Positions 13,799 through 27,072 of a stretch of DNA of 64,000 nt are shown here, piece after piece (within the stretch, counting starts at the first letter, position 1; each line of letters starts with the position of its first letter). Under the pieces are notes generated by a model. The model was not told the origin of the DNA, did not search any database, and was given only the letters and a program-made list of their open reading frames with translations. Position numbers and translations under genes: made by a program. Where the stretch lies: the NCBI GenBank assembly GCA_016748015.1, contig JAAOMT010000675.1, positions 186,001-250,000 on the forward strand. Direction: 5' to 3'. The stretch comes from Geosiphon pyriformis uo1. Taxonomy: Eukaryota; Fungi; Glomeromycota.

Positions 13799-16700
13799 GT
13801 GGCAACCACACCAGACACAACAACTCTAGAGTATTACTAATCAATTTACACCCACTGCAAGCAAAGATTCAACATTCCAGATGGAATTGAAGTTGTAAAG
13901 AAATCAGTATACCAATATATTGAAAACCGCATCAACAATTATCTTTTTGGAAATTACAATATCTCAGAAGTTAGAAGCAATCTTTACAATAATTTAGCAC
14001 ACTATTCACAGTTGAGAACTGAAAATCTTAATAGTAAAACACTTGCCATTTACTTTTACGAACTTAATTTTAACATTATCAAATACTGTGAAGAAATATA
14101 TCCAGTGCAGTCTCAATACACTATTGATTTTGAATTGGAAACAGAAACAAACAACAAAGGCAAAAACAAATTAAAGCAATATTCAAGAACCACCCCAAAT
14201 ACTCCAACATTACCGAAAACAATTGCCAAACATTTATAAACACCTGAACAAGGAACCAGTTCAAAACTTCTACTTACTATCACATCTTTTCCAGCTTTAT
14301 TTGCACAAGCACAAACACCTAATTCACCCTTGAATCAATTTGCAAGACCAGAAGACTTTACATCACTTAGAAGTCCCACCAGACAACAAGAACCCCTTCA
14401 AACTAGTTCCAATCTCCTTGATTTTCTAGCTGAAAATCAAAGTGAACACTCTGAGACAGCAGCAAACGAAGAAAACAACTCTGAAATAACTGAAGAAGAA
14501 TTAATAGACAGTAAAAACGAAGAAGACGAAATGACAACATACATCACAAAAATCCCTGAATTCAATGGAAAAGATATTGAGACCAGTCCCCAAGAATGGC
14601 TCAACCAAGTTACTAAAGCTGGAGATGCAAATGGATGGAATGCTGCCAGAATGTTAAGAACAATTCCCTACTTTCTTAAAGGAACAGCAGGAGAATGGTT
14701 TGAAAACTTGGCTGCCCCATTCAATGATTAAAACGCTTTCAAAGCAGCCTTTCTTGAACAGTTTACTGACAATAATACCTCTATCACCCTTTGTTATTGT
14801 TTTTGAAATATCAAACAAGAACCCTCCGAATCTGTTATGACTTATATTGGGAAATTCAACAAACTTTTCAAACAAATTCGCCAACTCAAAACAAACGATT
14901 ATTATTCCGATGCTCAAATCTTGAATCAATTTATTGCTGGTCTAAAAGATAAACTAATTAAAAAAGTTCACCCACATGTGCCAGAAGATTTAAACTCTGC
15001 CATACAGCATGCGAAAAGATATGAAATGGCCATGGAAGAGGCCAACTGCACAAAACTTGTAAATTTGGCAATTAGAAAAACCAGCTCAGCAGCTGAGGAA
15101 AAAATTGACCAACTCACAAAAAAGGTTGAAAACTATTTCACCAATCAACAACAGCAACCCCAAAGATATCAACCACCCCAAAGACGAAATCAAAATAACT
15201 TTGCATCACTTTCCAATAACCAGCCTCAAAATTGCTATTACTGTGGAATCTCTGGCCACTAGAAAAGAGATTGCAGAAAGCTATAATGAGACCAACAAAA
15301 TAGAAGTAATCAACATTACCCTCCACCACAACAATCTTATTATTAACCACCACCACCAGCTTACTATCTACCAAGACTCCAATACCAAAATAACTATTAT
15401 TAGCCCACCCCACAGCCAATCCAACAGCAATACCAACAACTGCTCACCTAACATTATCAAATACCTGCTCGAAGACTGCTTACATAAAATCAATTCACAC
15501 CACAGAACCGATACCAAGTAAACAACAATAGAATCAATTTGAATAACCAATTGGTTCCTTGAAATACTACTCAACCAAGATCCAACCATTACCACACTCA
15601 ACCCAGTTATTTAACAATGCCAGAAGAACAGGATTTTCACCATACTGCACTCTCGGAAGATAGAGCTGCAGCACAACAACAACAAAATTCTTCCTATACT
15701 TCCACCACAATTCCACCAGCCAGAATCGCTGAAAACGCTAACCTTTCAGATATATTCTCTTTTGAGTTTGAAGCAAATAAGTCACTATTTCTGCTTAGCA
15801 ATGCAGCTGCCAATGAACAAAAAGCAATTATGGCCATGTACACTGAAGCCGAAGTCAAAGGAAAGACAATTCGCTTGATCCTAGACAGTGGATCTGCCGG
15901 AAGCATTATCACCTACCAGTTAATGCAACAGTTAAAAAGAAATGTCGACCGACCAGCTCAAACAGTAATCATTACTGCCAATGACATGAAAAAGACCCCA
16001 GTAGGAGAAATTGACAATTTTCCGTTCACTCTTAATGGAATCACTATTCCAATCAAAGTTCTTGTAATAGACGCACCCCAGTACCAAGCTCTCGTCAGAA
16101 ATGATTGGCTTTAAAAAGCCAATGCTAATCTGAATTGGGAAACACAAGAGTTAACAATCTCCTACCAAGGACAACATGCCCAGGTACCTGCCATTTGTAA
16201 TACATTCAATAAACATTCTGAAAAAGCCCCGGCTTTTGAATTCGAACTGGAAGAGGAAAAACCCCTCATTGAAACATTCATGGCTCTGAAATCAACGTCC
16301 AATTGGGCCAATGAAACAGAACAAGAACATTTTACTTCACACATTAAACCCAAAACCTCTGGATGGAATATACCTTACTCAAAACCTGAACCAAGGAAAC
16401 AACACCCCTATATTCTCTTTAAATATAAGAACTGCCACAAGAAACTATCATCAATGGGAGCCTGCATTTCACCTAAAAAAGAATATGAGAATTATACTTG
16501 TTATTACTGCAAGGCTTGCCACAGAGAATAATGGGGCCATCTAATAAAAAAAAGCGGAAAATGAGACAACACCTCTTGTTTGACTTGTGAAGATATGCTA
16601 CCAGAAGAATGCAATTGGATTGATGTAGCCATGAGAAGAGGAGTCTGTAATCAGACCTGCCAATATGCTTTATCAATTTCAGAAAAAGTAAAAAGAGGAA

Positions 16701-18219
16701 CACCCTTTAATGCAGCATACAACAGTGCTCTCAACAAACTTTATCACTACCCCCATGATGCCGAAATGATTTTTAACCTAGCAATGGTATTAATTAATAG
16801 AGCTACCAAAAAAGATGTTTGCCAAATGAAGGAAGCAGAATACATTAAATACACCATGGAATTAGCTAGATTTGATTATGAAGACAAAGTAGAAGTCTAC
16901 TACCAAATCACAAGTCACACCTACCCAATCCAAGAAGCTCAAATTCAACAATTAGAGCAAATGAACATTAGGCTATGTGAAGAATATATTATGCCTTGTG
17001 ATAAACAGTGGTGTCCTAAATGCTACACTCTTAGCATTTTCTTGCCCAGCAAAAATGATGAATACAAAATTGAATTCGGAGAACTTGAAGTGACAAAAGA
17101 AATTGAGACAACACCCATCTATCTCATTAAAAATCAGTCTGCTTTACAACTCAAATATTTTAACAACAATGGACAAGGAATAAAACCAAAAAAAGCCCAC
17201 GAGATCAATGCTGAATATGATCTAAGATATTCAGGAAAAGATACTCTTACTCTCAAACCCAAATTTCTCACAAAAATCAACCTCAAATTGCTCTCAAAAT
17301 TCCACCAGGAGCAATGGTTCAAATTGCTTCTCAATCATTCTTGGCAAGCAAAAAAATCAATGTTAGAGAAGGAATCATCGATGCTGGATACACAGAAGAC
17401 ATCACAGTCATGTTACAAAATGAAACTGATAAACCTTTCAAAATTGGATATGCTGAAAAAATTGCTCAAGCTATCTATTTACCCTTAATCAACATTTCGG
17501 GTTTACAATTAGTTAATCAAAGAGAACAGTTGGGAAAAAGCGAAAGAGGAATACAAGGTTTTGGTTCAACTGGATGTTTCACAGTTTCAGTAAACATAGC
17601 TCTCAATGAACAGAAAGAATCTCACCAGATTTTACAACTTCCACAACCAATTACCATTTCACCCTTTGGAGAACACCCTGAAATTTACATTTGTAAAAAG
17701 CCAACAACCACACAACAAATTTTTGAATTAAACAAACAAATCTGCTTGAAACATAAAATCTTGATCCCAAACATTTATATTCCAGAAGAAACAAAAAAAG
17801 TATGAGTTATTTTTTACAATCCCAACAATTATCCCATAGTTTTATTAAATAACTTAGAAATTGGAATTATTTACAGTAACATCTTTCAACAAGAATTACC
17901 CCAAACAGTCCCCAATTTTTCTGAAATTATTGGACATTCACTACCAAAAATCAACCCAAACCCCAGCTCCGAAAACTACCATATTGTTATGGAAAAACTA
18001 TCTCGAATCAACATGGGACAACTTGAACCACAACAACAAAATCAGTTCAAGAAACTAATTGCAGATTTTGCCGATATTTTTGCCAAAAACAACAATGACT
18101 TAGGAAGAACCGATTTGGTGCAACACCAAATCTATATAGGAGATGCCAAACCAAGATGACAACAAGCCTATCAAGTTGCTCCAGAAAGCCACCAATTTAT
18201 TTGAGAAGAAATACAATGG
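13799..18219 (+). pseudogene. G2 polyprotein 5' part: N-terminal extension, Gag (CCHC), protease, Cys-rich module, dUTPase, start of RT
   Basis: IPEF.G..PQEWL, QFIAGL, CYYCGISGH..RDC, LILDSGSAGSII, GIIDAGYT, IAQ, RGIQGFGSTG. Confidence 0.9.
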
Positions 18220-19212
18220 TATTACTGGAGGTTTTTGGTCTCTTTTCTTAAATGTTGGTAATATTGATTTGCTGTGAATTCATGTTTTCAGAAAGTAGTT
18301 GAACCTCCAATAACTGAATTTATCTTCAAATTATCTTCTATAATTTGAACTGCTGGGCTTATAAGTGGAATGGCCAATTCCTTGCCAGTTACTTTATGTA
18401 GTTATGTTGTAGTAAATGTTAACTCTTTCCCAAGAATTGCTTGTCTGGAAGCTCACTAAAATGTATAGCTACTTTGCTGTGAAAGTCAACTCTTCTACAG
18501 AAATTTCATCTGTAGGCTACTCTAATAATTGTAATAAGAAAATAAAAGAAAAATAAAAGAAATGTAAAAGAAACAGAATTTTGTCAAGAGAAATGTTTTC
18601 TATCCAGGCCTAGAGTTACTAACAGTTTACTGAAATTGGTAGCTAATCAATTTCAAAACGTTAGTTGGGTTTTGAGGATTTTTCAAGTGCAATAGTTTAA
18701 AACATTTGGTTTTTTTGAATTATTTAATATTTATTTCTTTTTGTGTGTATAGAAACGGTTTTAAGAGATAAATTTAAAGTAAGATACATTTTCCAGAAGA
18801 TAAAAGCTCTTCTTTTATACAACTTGTTGTAGTACTAATTTATGAACTTGCACTTTTTTTCTTTGCCCAAATTCCGGCAAACTAAAGATACATTTTGATG
18901 AACTACAAGTTATTTTACTGAACTATTGATTAATTTGGGTGAACTATTCATAATTTCAGCGAATTTCTTATAAATTTTGGCAAATTTCTGTAAATTTCGG
19001 CAAATTTTTGAATGTTACAAAGTTTAGGGTATTGTGTAATTTGATCATCTTATTTTCTGTTATACTAATTAGATTATTTTAATTGAATCGTGATATGTGA
19101 TAATTGATTAAATAATAAATGATAATTTGAAATGATATTAATATACTAATGAATTATAGGAATTATAAGGATAATTTCATGCTAATTAATAGCTAAAATT
19201 CTACTGGTAACA
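18220..19212 (-). repeat. G3 3' LTR (993 bp)
   Basis: Reverse complement starts TGTTACCAGTAGAATTTTAGC like the G1 LTR; PPT GAGGAGGAGATTA adjacent. Confidence 0.95.
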
Positions 19213-19900
19213 TAATCTCCTCCTCAAGACTGAGCTCTGTCGAAGTCCAAGCACTATCTGTAATATTGAGATAGTAATCTAAAATAATTGAAGTAATCTG
19301 GTCTGAAAATTGTTGAAATTTTAGTTCTGTGAGTTTGCCAATGTATTGGACTTTCATTAATTGCAGTATTGGATTTTGTAGAACATTTTCACAAGTATTA
19401 AACAAATCATAGAGTCTAAAAGCTGCTCTAAGTTTGTAGTGAGTGTTTGTTGGTTCAGCTGCTGTTTTGAATTCATTGTAGATTTGTTTTTGTATAACTT
19501 CAGGAGTGAGATTTGTTGCTTCAAGTTCCAGTTTTCGTTCATAAAATGTTTTTTCAATTTGAAAGTATTTATAGATAGGGGTGTGTTCATTGTTCTGTTT
19601 ATTAAGAAGTAGTAGTAGTTTTTGTTGCATTGTAGCATTTGGTGGAATGTCAATAGGGGCAATTAGCAGATTTTCTTCTAGTGCCTGTTTCAAAAGTCTT
19701 GGTAATCTATTCTCAGAGTGACTTCTTGTTTCTCTTCTATAAGGGTGATAGTTCTGTAAATGATTTGCTACTGGGGCTGTGGTTTCTTTCTGAATGTATT
19801 TAATTTGACTTCCATTAATTGTTATAGATAAGTCAAGGAGTGTTTTCAAAACTAACATTAATTTTTGGGATATTTGTTGAATATTTCGGAGAATAATCAT
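19193..19900 (-). CDS. G3 ORF3, 235-aa protein of unknown function (intact)
   Basis: Uninterrupted ATG-to-TAG ORF between integrase and the 3' LTR; homologues in G1, G2 and G4. Confidence 0.78.
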   Translation of the reverse strand: MIILRNIQQISQKLMLVLKTLLDLSITINGSQIKYIQKETTAPVANHLQNYHPYRRETRSHSENRLPRLLKQALEENLLIAPIDIPPNATMQQKLLLLLNKQNNEHTPIYKYFQIEKTFYERKLELEATNLTPEVIQKQIYNEFKTAAEPTNTHYKLRAAFRLYDLFNTCENVLQNPILQLMKVQYIGKLTELKFQQFSDQITSIILDYYLNITDSAWTSTELSLEEEIMLPVEF

Positions 19901-19957
19901 GATAAAATTGACTAATTATGAAAAGAGAGAATAAAGANNNNNNNNNNNNNNNNNNNN

Positions 19958-21181
19958 TTTTGCTAATATTTTGTCATCAAGTCTTAACTTATATGATCCA
20001 TTGCCTAGAATTTTGTGAATATAAAATGGTCCATCCTATTTGTTTTCAAATTTCCCACTCCATTGTTTTTCAGCCTTAGTTCTGTGTAAGAGAACTTTAT
20101 TTCCAACTTTAAATTCGTTGGTAATAGATGGTAATTTGTTGTCATGTCTTTCTTTTTGTTGAGCTTGGGAATGTTCAATATGAGCTGCTGCTATTCTTCT
20201 TTTTCCTTCCAGTGTACTAAGAAGAGTGTAGGCTCTTCTTTGGAGTGTCTCTTAAAAGTTTTCTTTATTGATTGGTTGCACTGGGTATGTTTTCACTGTG
20301 AAATTAATTGGTAATGTTGCTGTCCTTCCATAAGTAAGCTTAAATGGTGTGTGTTTTGTAGTATCTTGTTTTAGTGTTCTGTATGCTAGTAACACTGATG
20401 GAATAAAGATATCCCATTTTTGTTCAAAGTCTGTTGAGACTTTGGCTAAAGATTCACACAATGTTCTGTTGAAACGTTCTACAAGTCCATTTGTTTAAGG
20501 GTAATAAGATGATGATAGAGGTCTTTTGACATTGAACCATTCGCAAATTTCTTGTATCAAGTTGTTCACAAAATGTGTTCCTTGATCAGATAAGAGTTCA
20601 ATTGGGCATCCATGTCTACAGATAATGTTTTTATAGATGAATTTTGCTACTGATTTTGCATCTGCTCTTTGGATGACTCTAGCTTCAAGCCATTTGGTAA
20701 GATAATCCACTGCAACTGCAATATAACGATTTCCTTGGGTTGTGATAGGTAATGGTCCGACTAAATCAATTCCAACTCTGTCAAAAGGTTGTCCAACTTT
20801 GATTGGATTTAAAGGTTCTGTGGGGCAAGTTTCTCCTCTTCTTTGGCAGTTATCACAAGATTCTACATATTGTCGAATGTCTTTTTGCATGTAAGACCAA
20901 AAATAATGTTCAAGGGTTCTTTGAATTGTTCCCTTTTTTCCCAAGTGTGCTGAAGACAGATCTGTGTGCATGTTGTATAAAATTGTTTCTTTTTCATTCT
21001 CTTGTACTAATTTGAATGGCTGGTTTGGTTTTCTGTAATTTTTATAATAAATTTTGTTCTGGTGTATGAAATATTGTTTTGATTGGTGTTGTAAGTGGTG
21101 TTTTTCACTTGGAGACCAGTTTTCTGGCATGGTAAGGGTCTCCAAATAGTTTTTAAGATTGCTGTAGTTTCTGAGATCCAT
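19958..21181 (-). pseudogene. G3 integrase ORF (own ATG; 3' end lost in N gap)
   Basis: MDLRNYSNL..., H..H..CDNC, GIDLVGPLP, SDQGTHF, VERFNRTLCE, GPFYI. Confidence 0.9.
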
Positions 21182-21238
21182 TCTTGTTTGGTTATTTTGT
21201 TGGTAAGTTGGTAAGTTGTGGTGGAATTGTTGTTGGTA

Positions 21239-24200
21239 TTAATTTTGTCTCATTCTTGAGAGGCTATCAACATTGGTATGTAGTTTTCCTGGTTTGTGGT
21301 GTACAATATATCTGTAGTCTGCTAGGAAGTCATTCCATCGAGACTGTTTGGCACTTTGTTCAGTTTTCTTTTTATTGAGTCATTTGAGGCCAATGTTGTC
21401 CATTATTATGTCAAATTCTTTTCCATTTTTCAGATATTGTTGAAAATGTTTAAGAGCCCAAATAACTGCAGCAGCTTCTAATTCAGTTGAGCCATATTTA
21501 AGTTCTGTTGGCTTAAGTGTTCTGCTGGCATAGGCAATAACTTGTTCTTGGCCATTTTCATCTAATTGTGATAAGATGGCACCAAATGCTATGTGTAAAG
21601 CATTAGTGGCTAATTGGAATTGTTTGTTGAAGTCTGAGTAAGCAAGAACTGGGGCTGTTGTCAATTTTGTTTTGAGAATTTCAAAAGCTTTTTGTTGTTC
21701 TTCAGTCCATTTGTATGGTACATTTTTGTTGGTAAGATAATTGAGTGGTTTGGCAATTTTTGAGAATCCTTTTATGAATTTTCGATAGTAAGAGGCTAAT
21801 CCCACAAATCCTCTTAGTTCTGTAGTATTTCTGGAGGTTTGAAAGTTTTTGACAGCATTGATTGTTCCTGGATTTGGTTTGATTCCATCTTTACTAACTA
21901 TGTGTCCAAGAAAGATCAAACTTGTTTTTCCAAAGTGACATTTCTCAATATTTAACTTTAATCCTGCTTTCCATAATTGTTGAAAAACTTCTTGCAGGTG
22001 AATAAGGTGGGCTTCAAAGCTTGGTGAGTATACATCAGTATCATCAAGATAAACAACTACTGATTGCCACAAGAGCCCTTCATAGACAACATCCATGAAT
22101 TGCTGAAATGTTGCTGATGCATCACAGAGTTCAAAAGGCATAACATTAAACTCATAATTTCCTCCTTGAGTGGTGAATGCTGTTTTGGGTCTATCTTTTG
22201 GGTCTACTTCAACTTGCCAGTATTCACTTTCCAGGTCTAAAGTTGAAAAGAACTTGGCTTTTCCCAGAGCATCTAGCATGTCATCAATTCTTGGAAGAGA
22301 GTAGGCATCTCCAATTGTAATATTATTCAGTTGTCTATAATCAACACAGAATTTAATTTTTCCATTTTTCTTTTTAACCAAAACTACTGGTGAGACCCAA
22401 GGACTTCTTGATGGTTGAATCAATCCGTTATTGAGCATTCTTTGGACCTTTTCTCTGATAAATTGGTGGCTGGCAGATGGCACTCGATAAGCTTGTTGAC
22501 GTTTTGGTAAAGCATCTTCTGTATGGATCTGATGTTGAACAATGTCTGTTTTTCCCAAGTCATTGTTGTCTTTTGCAAATATATTTGCAAATTCAGCTAT
22601 CAATTGTTTCAATTGTCTTTGTTGTTGAGGTTCTAAGGGACCCATATTGATTCAAGAGAGTTTTTCTTCTAACAAGTGGTAGTTTTCAGTAGTGGAAATG
22701 ATATTTGGATTTGGGAGTAGAGTGTGCTTTATAATTTCGATGAAATTAGAGACAATTTGAGGGTTTTCATCTTAAAAGATATTGCTGTGTATGATTCCAA
22801 TTTCTAATTTGTTTAATAAAACAATAGGGTAATTATTGGGGTTGTAGAATGTAACTCAAAATTTTTTCATTCCTTTGGGAATATAAACGTTTGGAATTGA
22901 TATTTCATGCTTCAAACAGATTTGTTCATTGGATTCANNNNNNNNNNNNNNNNNNNNNTTTGTCAAAGACTTTGGTTGGAGAATCAAAGTATCTTTTCCT
23001 GGGTATCTCAAGTCATATCCAGCATCAATTTTGTGTGCTTTTTCTGGTCTGATTTCTTGGCCATGGTTGTCAAGATATTTAAGTTGTAGAGGTGGTTGCT
23101 TTTTAAGAAGATAGATGGGAGTGGTTGGTAGTTCTTCTACTTGTTCAGATACTTCAAATTCGATTTCATTTTCATCATTCTCATCTGGCAGAGGAATGCT
23201 AAGAGCATAACATTCTAAACACTATTGGTCATCACAAGGCATAACACATTCTTCACACAATTGAATGTTCATTTACTCTAATCATTGAATTTGAGCTTCT
23301 TTGGTCGGATATGTGTGGCTTGCAATTTGGTGGTAGGTTTCTATTTCATCTTCATAATCAAATCCAGCTAATTCCATAGTGTACTCAATATATTCAGCTT
23401 CTTTCATTTGGCGGACATCTTCTTGAGTGGCTCCATTGATTAATGCCATTGCTAAGTCAAAAATCATTTCAGCATCATGAGGGTAGTGGTAAAGTTTATT
23501 GAGAGCACTGTTGTATGCTGCATCAAATGGTGTCCCTCTTCTTACTTTTTCCGAAATTGATAGAGCATATTAACAGGTTTGATCACATACTCCTCCTCTC
23601 ATTGCTACATCAATCCAATTGCATTCTTCTGGTAGTATTTCTCCACATGTAAGACAAGGTGTGTTGTCCCATTTTCCACTTCTTTTTGGAGATCCAAATC
23701 GTTCTCTATGGCATGCTTTGCAAAAGTAACAGGTATGAGTTTCATATTCCTCTTCTAGAGAAATACATGCTCCCATTGATAAAAGTTTTTTGTTGCAATC
23801 TTTGCATTTGAGTGGAATATAAAGTGGTTGTTTCTGTGGTTCTGGTGTAGAATATCTAACTTTCTTCCATCCCCTTGATTCTTCGAAAATCTTTTGTTCG
23901 GTTTCTTTAGCCCAATTGGATGTTGATCCAAGAGCCATGTAGGTTTTAGTAAGTGGCATTTCTTTCTCCTCTTCAAATTCAAATACTGGAGCTTTTTCTG
24001 ATCATTTGTTAAAGGTACCACAGATTGCAGGTACTATGGTATATTGTCCTTGGTATGAGATTTTAAGTTCTTGAGTTTCCCAGTTCAGGTTTGCATTGGC
24101 CTTGAGAAGCCAATCATTTCCAACTAGAGCTTGGTATTGGGGTGCATCCATAACTAAAACTTTAACTGGAATGGTGATTCCATCAATTGAAAAAGGAAAA

Positions 24201-26434
24201 TCATCAATTTCTTCTACTGGAGTCTTTTTTATATCATCAGCTGTAACAATAACTGTTTGAGCTGGTCTGTCTACGTTTCGTTTGAGTTGTTGCATCAGCT
24301 GGTAAGTGATGATACTTCCAGCTGATCCACTATCTAAGATTAAGCGAATGGGTTTTCCTTCCACTATAGCTTCTGTATACATGGCAGTAATTGCTTTCTG
24401 TTCATTGACTGTTGCATTACTAAGCAGAAATGGTGATTCATTTGCCTCAAATTCAAATGGAAATATATCTGACAGATTAGCATTTTGGGCAATTTGAGCT
24501 AGAGGAATGGTGTGGTTGGAAGAGTTTGATCTTGGTGCTGCAATTTCACCTTTAGAAAGTGCAGTTTGTTGAAAATCCGATTCCTTTGGTATTGTAAGAT
24601 AACTGGGTTGAGTGTGATAGTAATTGGGTCTTTGCTGGCCCGAATTTCGGAGAACCAACTGGTTATTTGGATTGATTTTGTTGTGGTTATTCTGCAATTG
24701 ATTTTGGGGTGTGGATTGGTTATGTTGAACCAATCTTCTTGCTGGTACTTGATATTGTTGAGTGGGTGGTGTCTGATATGGCTGAATTGGTAAAGGTTGC
24801 TGATATTGTTGCTGCATTGATTGTGGAGCTGGTGGATAGTAACTGTTTTGATTTTGTGGTCTTGGTGAATAATAAGTTGGTGATGGAGATTGGTAATAAG
24901 ATTGTTGTGGTGAAGAGTAACGTTGATTACTTCTGTTTTGTTGGTCTCTTTGTAATTTTCTACAATCTCGTTTCCAGTGTCCTGGAATTTCACAATAATA
25001 ACAATTTTGAGATTGGTTGTTGAATGATGATCCAAAATTGTTTTGGTTGCATCATTGTAGGGGTTGATATCTTTGTGGTTGTTGTTGCTGTTGTTGTTGG
25101 TTTGTAAAGTAGCTTTCAACTTTTTTTGTGAGTTGGTCTATCTTCTTTTCAGCTGCTAAGCTGGTTTCTCTAATTGCAAGGTTTACAAGCTTGGTGTGAT
25201 TTGCTTCTTCCATTGCCATTTCATAGTTCTTTGCATGTTTAATAGCAGTTGCTAAGTCTGCTAGAGCATGTGGACAGACTTTTTTAATCAGTTTGTCTTT
25301 TAACCTTGCTATAAACTGATCCAGAATTTGAGCATCAGAATAGTAGTCATTGGTTTCCAATTGTCGGATTCGTCTGAGAAGTTTGTTAAATCTTCCAAGA
25401 TAGGTTATAACAGATTCAGATGTTTCTTGTTTGATATTGCGAAAGTAGTTTTTGAGAGTGATAGAGATATTGTTGTCGGTAAATTGTTGTTGAAAAGCAT
25501 CTTTGAATGCTTGCCAGTTTTCAAATGGTTTTTCTAAATTTTCAAACCATTTTCCTGCTGTTCCTTGGAGAAAGTAGGGAATTGCTTTGAGCATTCTTGC
25601 TGCAATCCAACCATTTGCATCTCCTGCTTTTTGAACTTTGTCAAGTCATTCTTGGGAACTGGTATTATTGTCTTCACCAGTGAATTCTGGGATTTTTGCA
25701 ATGTAAGCAGTTGTCATTTCTTCTTCATTTTCTGGAATTTCTTCTGGTTCTGATTCAGTTTCTTTACTTTCCAAGCTTTCTGAGTGATTACTTTCGTTTT
25801 CCTGTAAGTAATCAATGATATTGGCACTTGTTGATATTGGTTCCTGCTGTTGAGTAGAATTTCTAAGTGACTGAAAATCTTCTGGTCTGGAGAAACAGCT
25901 AAGTGGTGAACTTGGTGTTTGTGGTTGAACAAGTGAAATTAGAAATGGTGTAATAGAAAGTGGTAATTTGACACTGGTTCCTTGTTCAGGTGTTTACAAG
26001 TGTTTGGCAGTTGTCTTTTGTAGTGTTGGAGTGTTTGGAGTGGTTCTTGAGTATTGCTTCAATCTTTGTTTGCCTTTATTGCTTGTTTCTGTCTCTGATT
26101 CAAAGTCAAAAGAGTATTTAGACTGTACTGGGTATTTTTCTTCACAATACTTAATAATATTAAAATTAAGTTCTTGGAAGTAGGTAGCAAGTGTTTCACT
26201 GTTCAGGTCTTCTGTTCCCAAATGTGAATAATGCACTAAATTATTGTAGAGGTTGCTTCTAACTTCTGAAATGTTGTAGTTTCTAAAAAGATAATTGTTG
26301 ATGCAGTTTTCAATGTATTGGTATACTGATTTCTTTACAATTTCAATTCCGTCTGGAATGTTGAATCTTTGCTTGCAGTGGGTGTAAATTGACTGGTAAT
26401 ACTCTAGAGTTGCTGTGTCTGGTGTGGTCACCAT
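21239..26434 (-). pseudogene. G3 gag-PR-Cys-dUTPase-RT-RNase H polyprotein
   Basis: Fragments 25994-26434, 25052-25594, 24002-24817 (LDSGS), 23570-23959, 21380-22645 (YLDD); ends SRMRQN-TAA. Confidence 0.92.
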
Positions 26435-26479
26435 TTTGAATTTGTTGTTGCTGTGTTATTTCTGTGAGAGAGCACCAAA

Positions 26480-27072
26480 TGTTACCAGAGGTTTTTGGTC
26501 TCTTTTCTTAAATGTTGGTAATGTTGATTTGCTGTGAATTCATGTTTTCAGGAAGTAGTTGAACCTCCAATAACTGAATTTNNNNNNNNNNNNNNNNNNN
26601 NNNNNNNNNTAATATTAAAATTAAGTTCTTGGAAGTAGGTAGCAAGTGTTTCACTGTTCAGGTCTTCTGTTCCCAAATGTGAATAATGCACTAAATTATT
26701 GTAGAGGTTGCTTCTAACTTCTGAAATGTTGTAGTTGCAAACTAAAGATACATTTTGATGAACTACAAGTTATTTTACTGAACTATTGATTAATTTGGGT
26801 GAACTATTCATAATTTCAGCGAATTTCTTATAAATTTTGGCGAATTTCTGTAAATTTCGGCGAATTTTTGAATGTTACAAAGTTTAGGGTATTGTGTAAT
26901 TTGATCATCTTATTTTCTGTTATACTAATTAGATTATTTTAATTAAATCGTGATATGTGATAATTGATTAAATAATAAATGATAATTTGAAATGATATTA
27001 ATATACTAATGAATTATAGGAATTATAAGGATAATTTCATGCTAATTAATAGCTAAAATTCTACTGGTAACA
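26480..27072 (-). repeat. G3 5' LTR (collapsed by an N gap and a misplaced gag fragment)
   Basis: Both ends match 18220-19212; 26609-26737 duplicates ~26154-26281. Confidence 0.85.

Larger units (their letters stand above)
18220..27072 (-). mobile_element. Ty3/gypsy G3 (family A, G1 subfamily), nested in the G2 RT
   Basis: LTRs 18220-19212 (3') and 26480-27072 (5', gapped); TSD ATGG/ACGG at 18216-18219 and 27073-27076; G2 reads EIQ|RMLNNE across it. PBS 26461-26479; PPT 19213-19225. Confidence 0.95.

Noticed and set aside
18870-19010. Repeat-spacer pattern resembling a CRISPR array
   Set aside because: Units are short and degenerate with spacers of 10 bp or less, lie inside LTR U3, and no cas genes are present.
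19193-19900. ORF3 as a retroviral env
   Set aside because: No signal peptide, furin site, fusion peptide or transmembrane anchor.
26582-26737. gag fragment embedded in the G3 5' LTR
   Set aside because: Exact copy of ~26154-26281 adjacent to an N gap; likely a gap-filling chimera.
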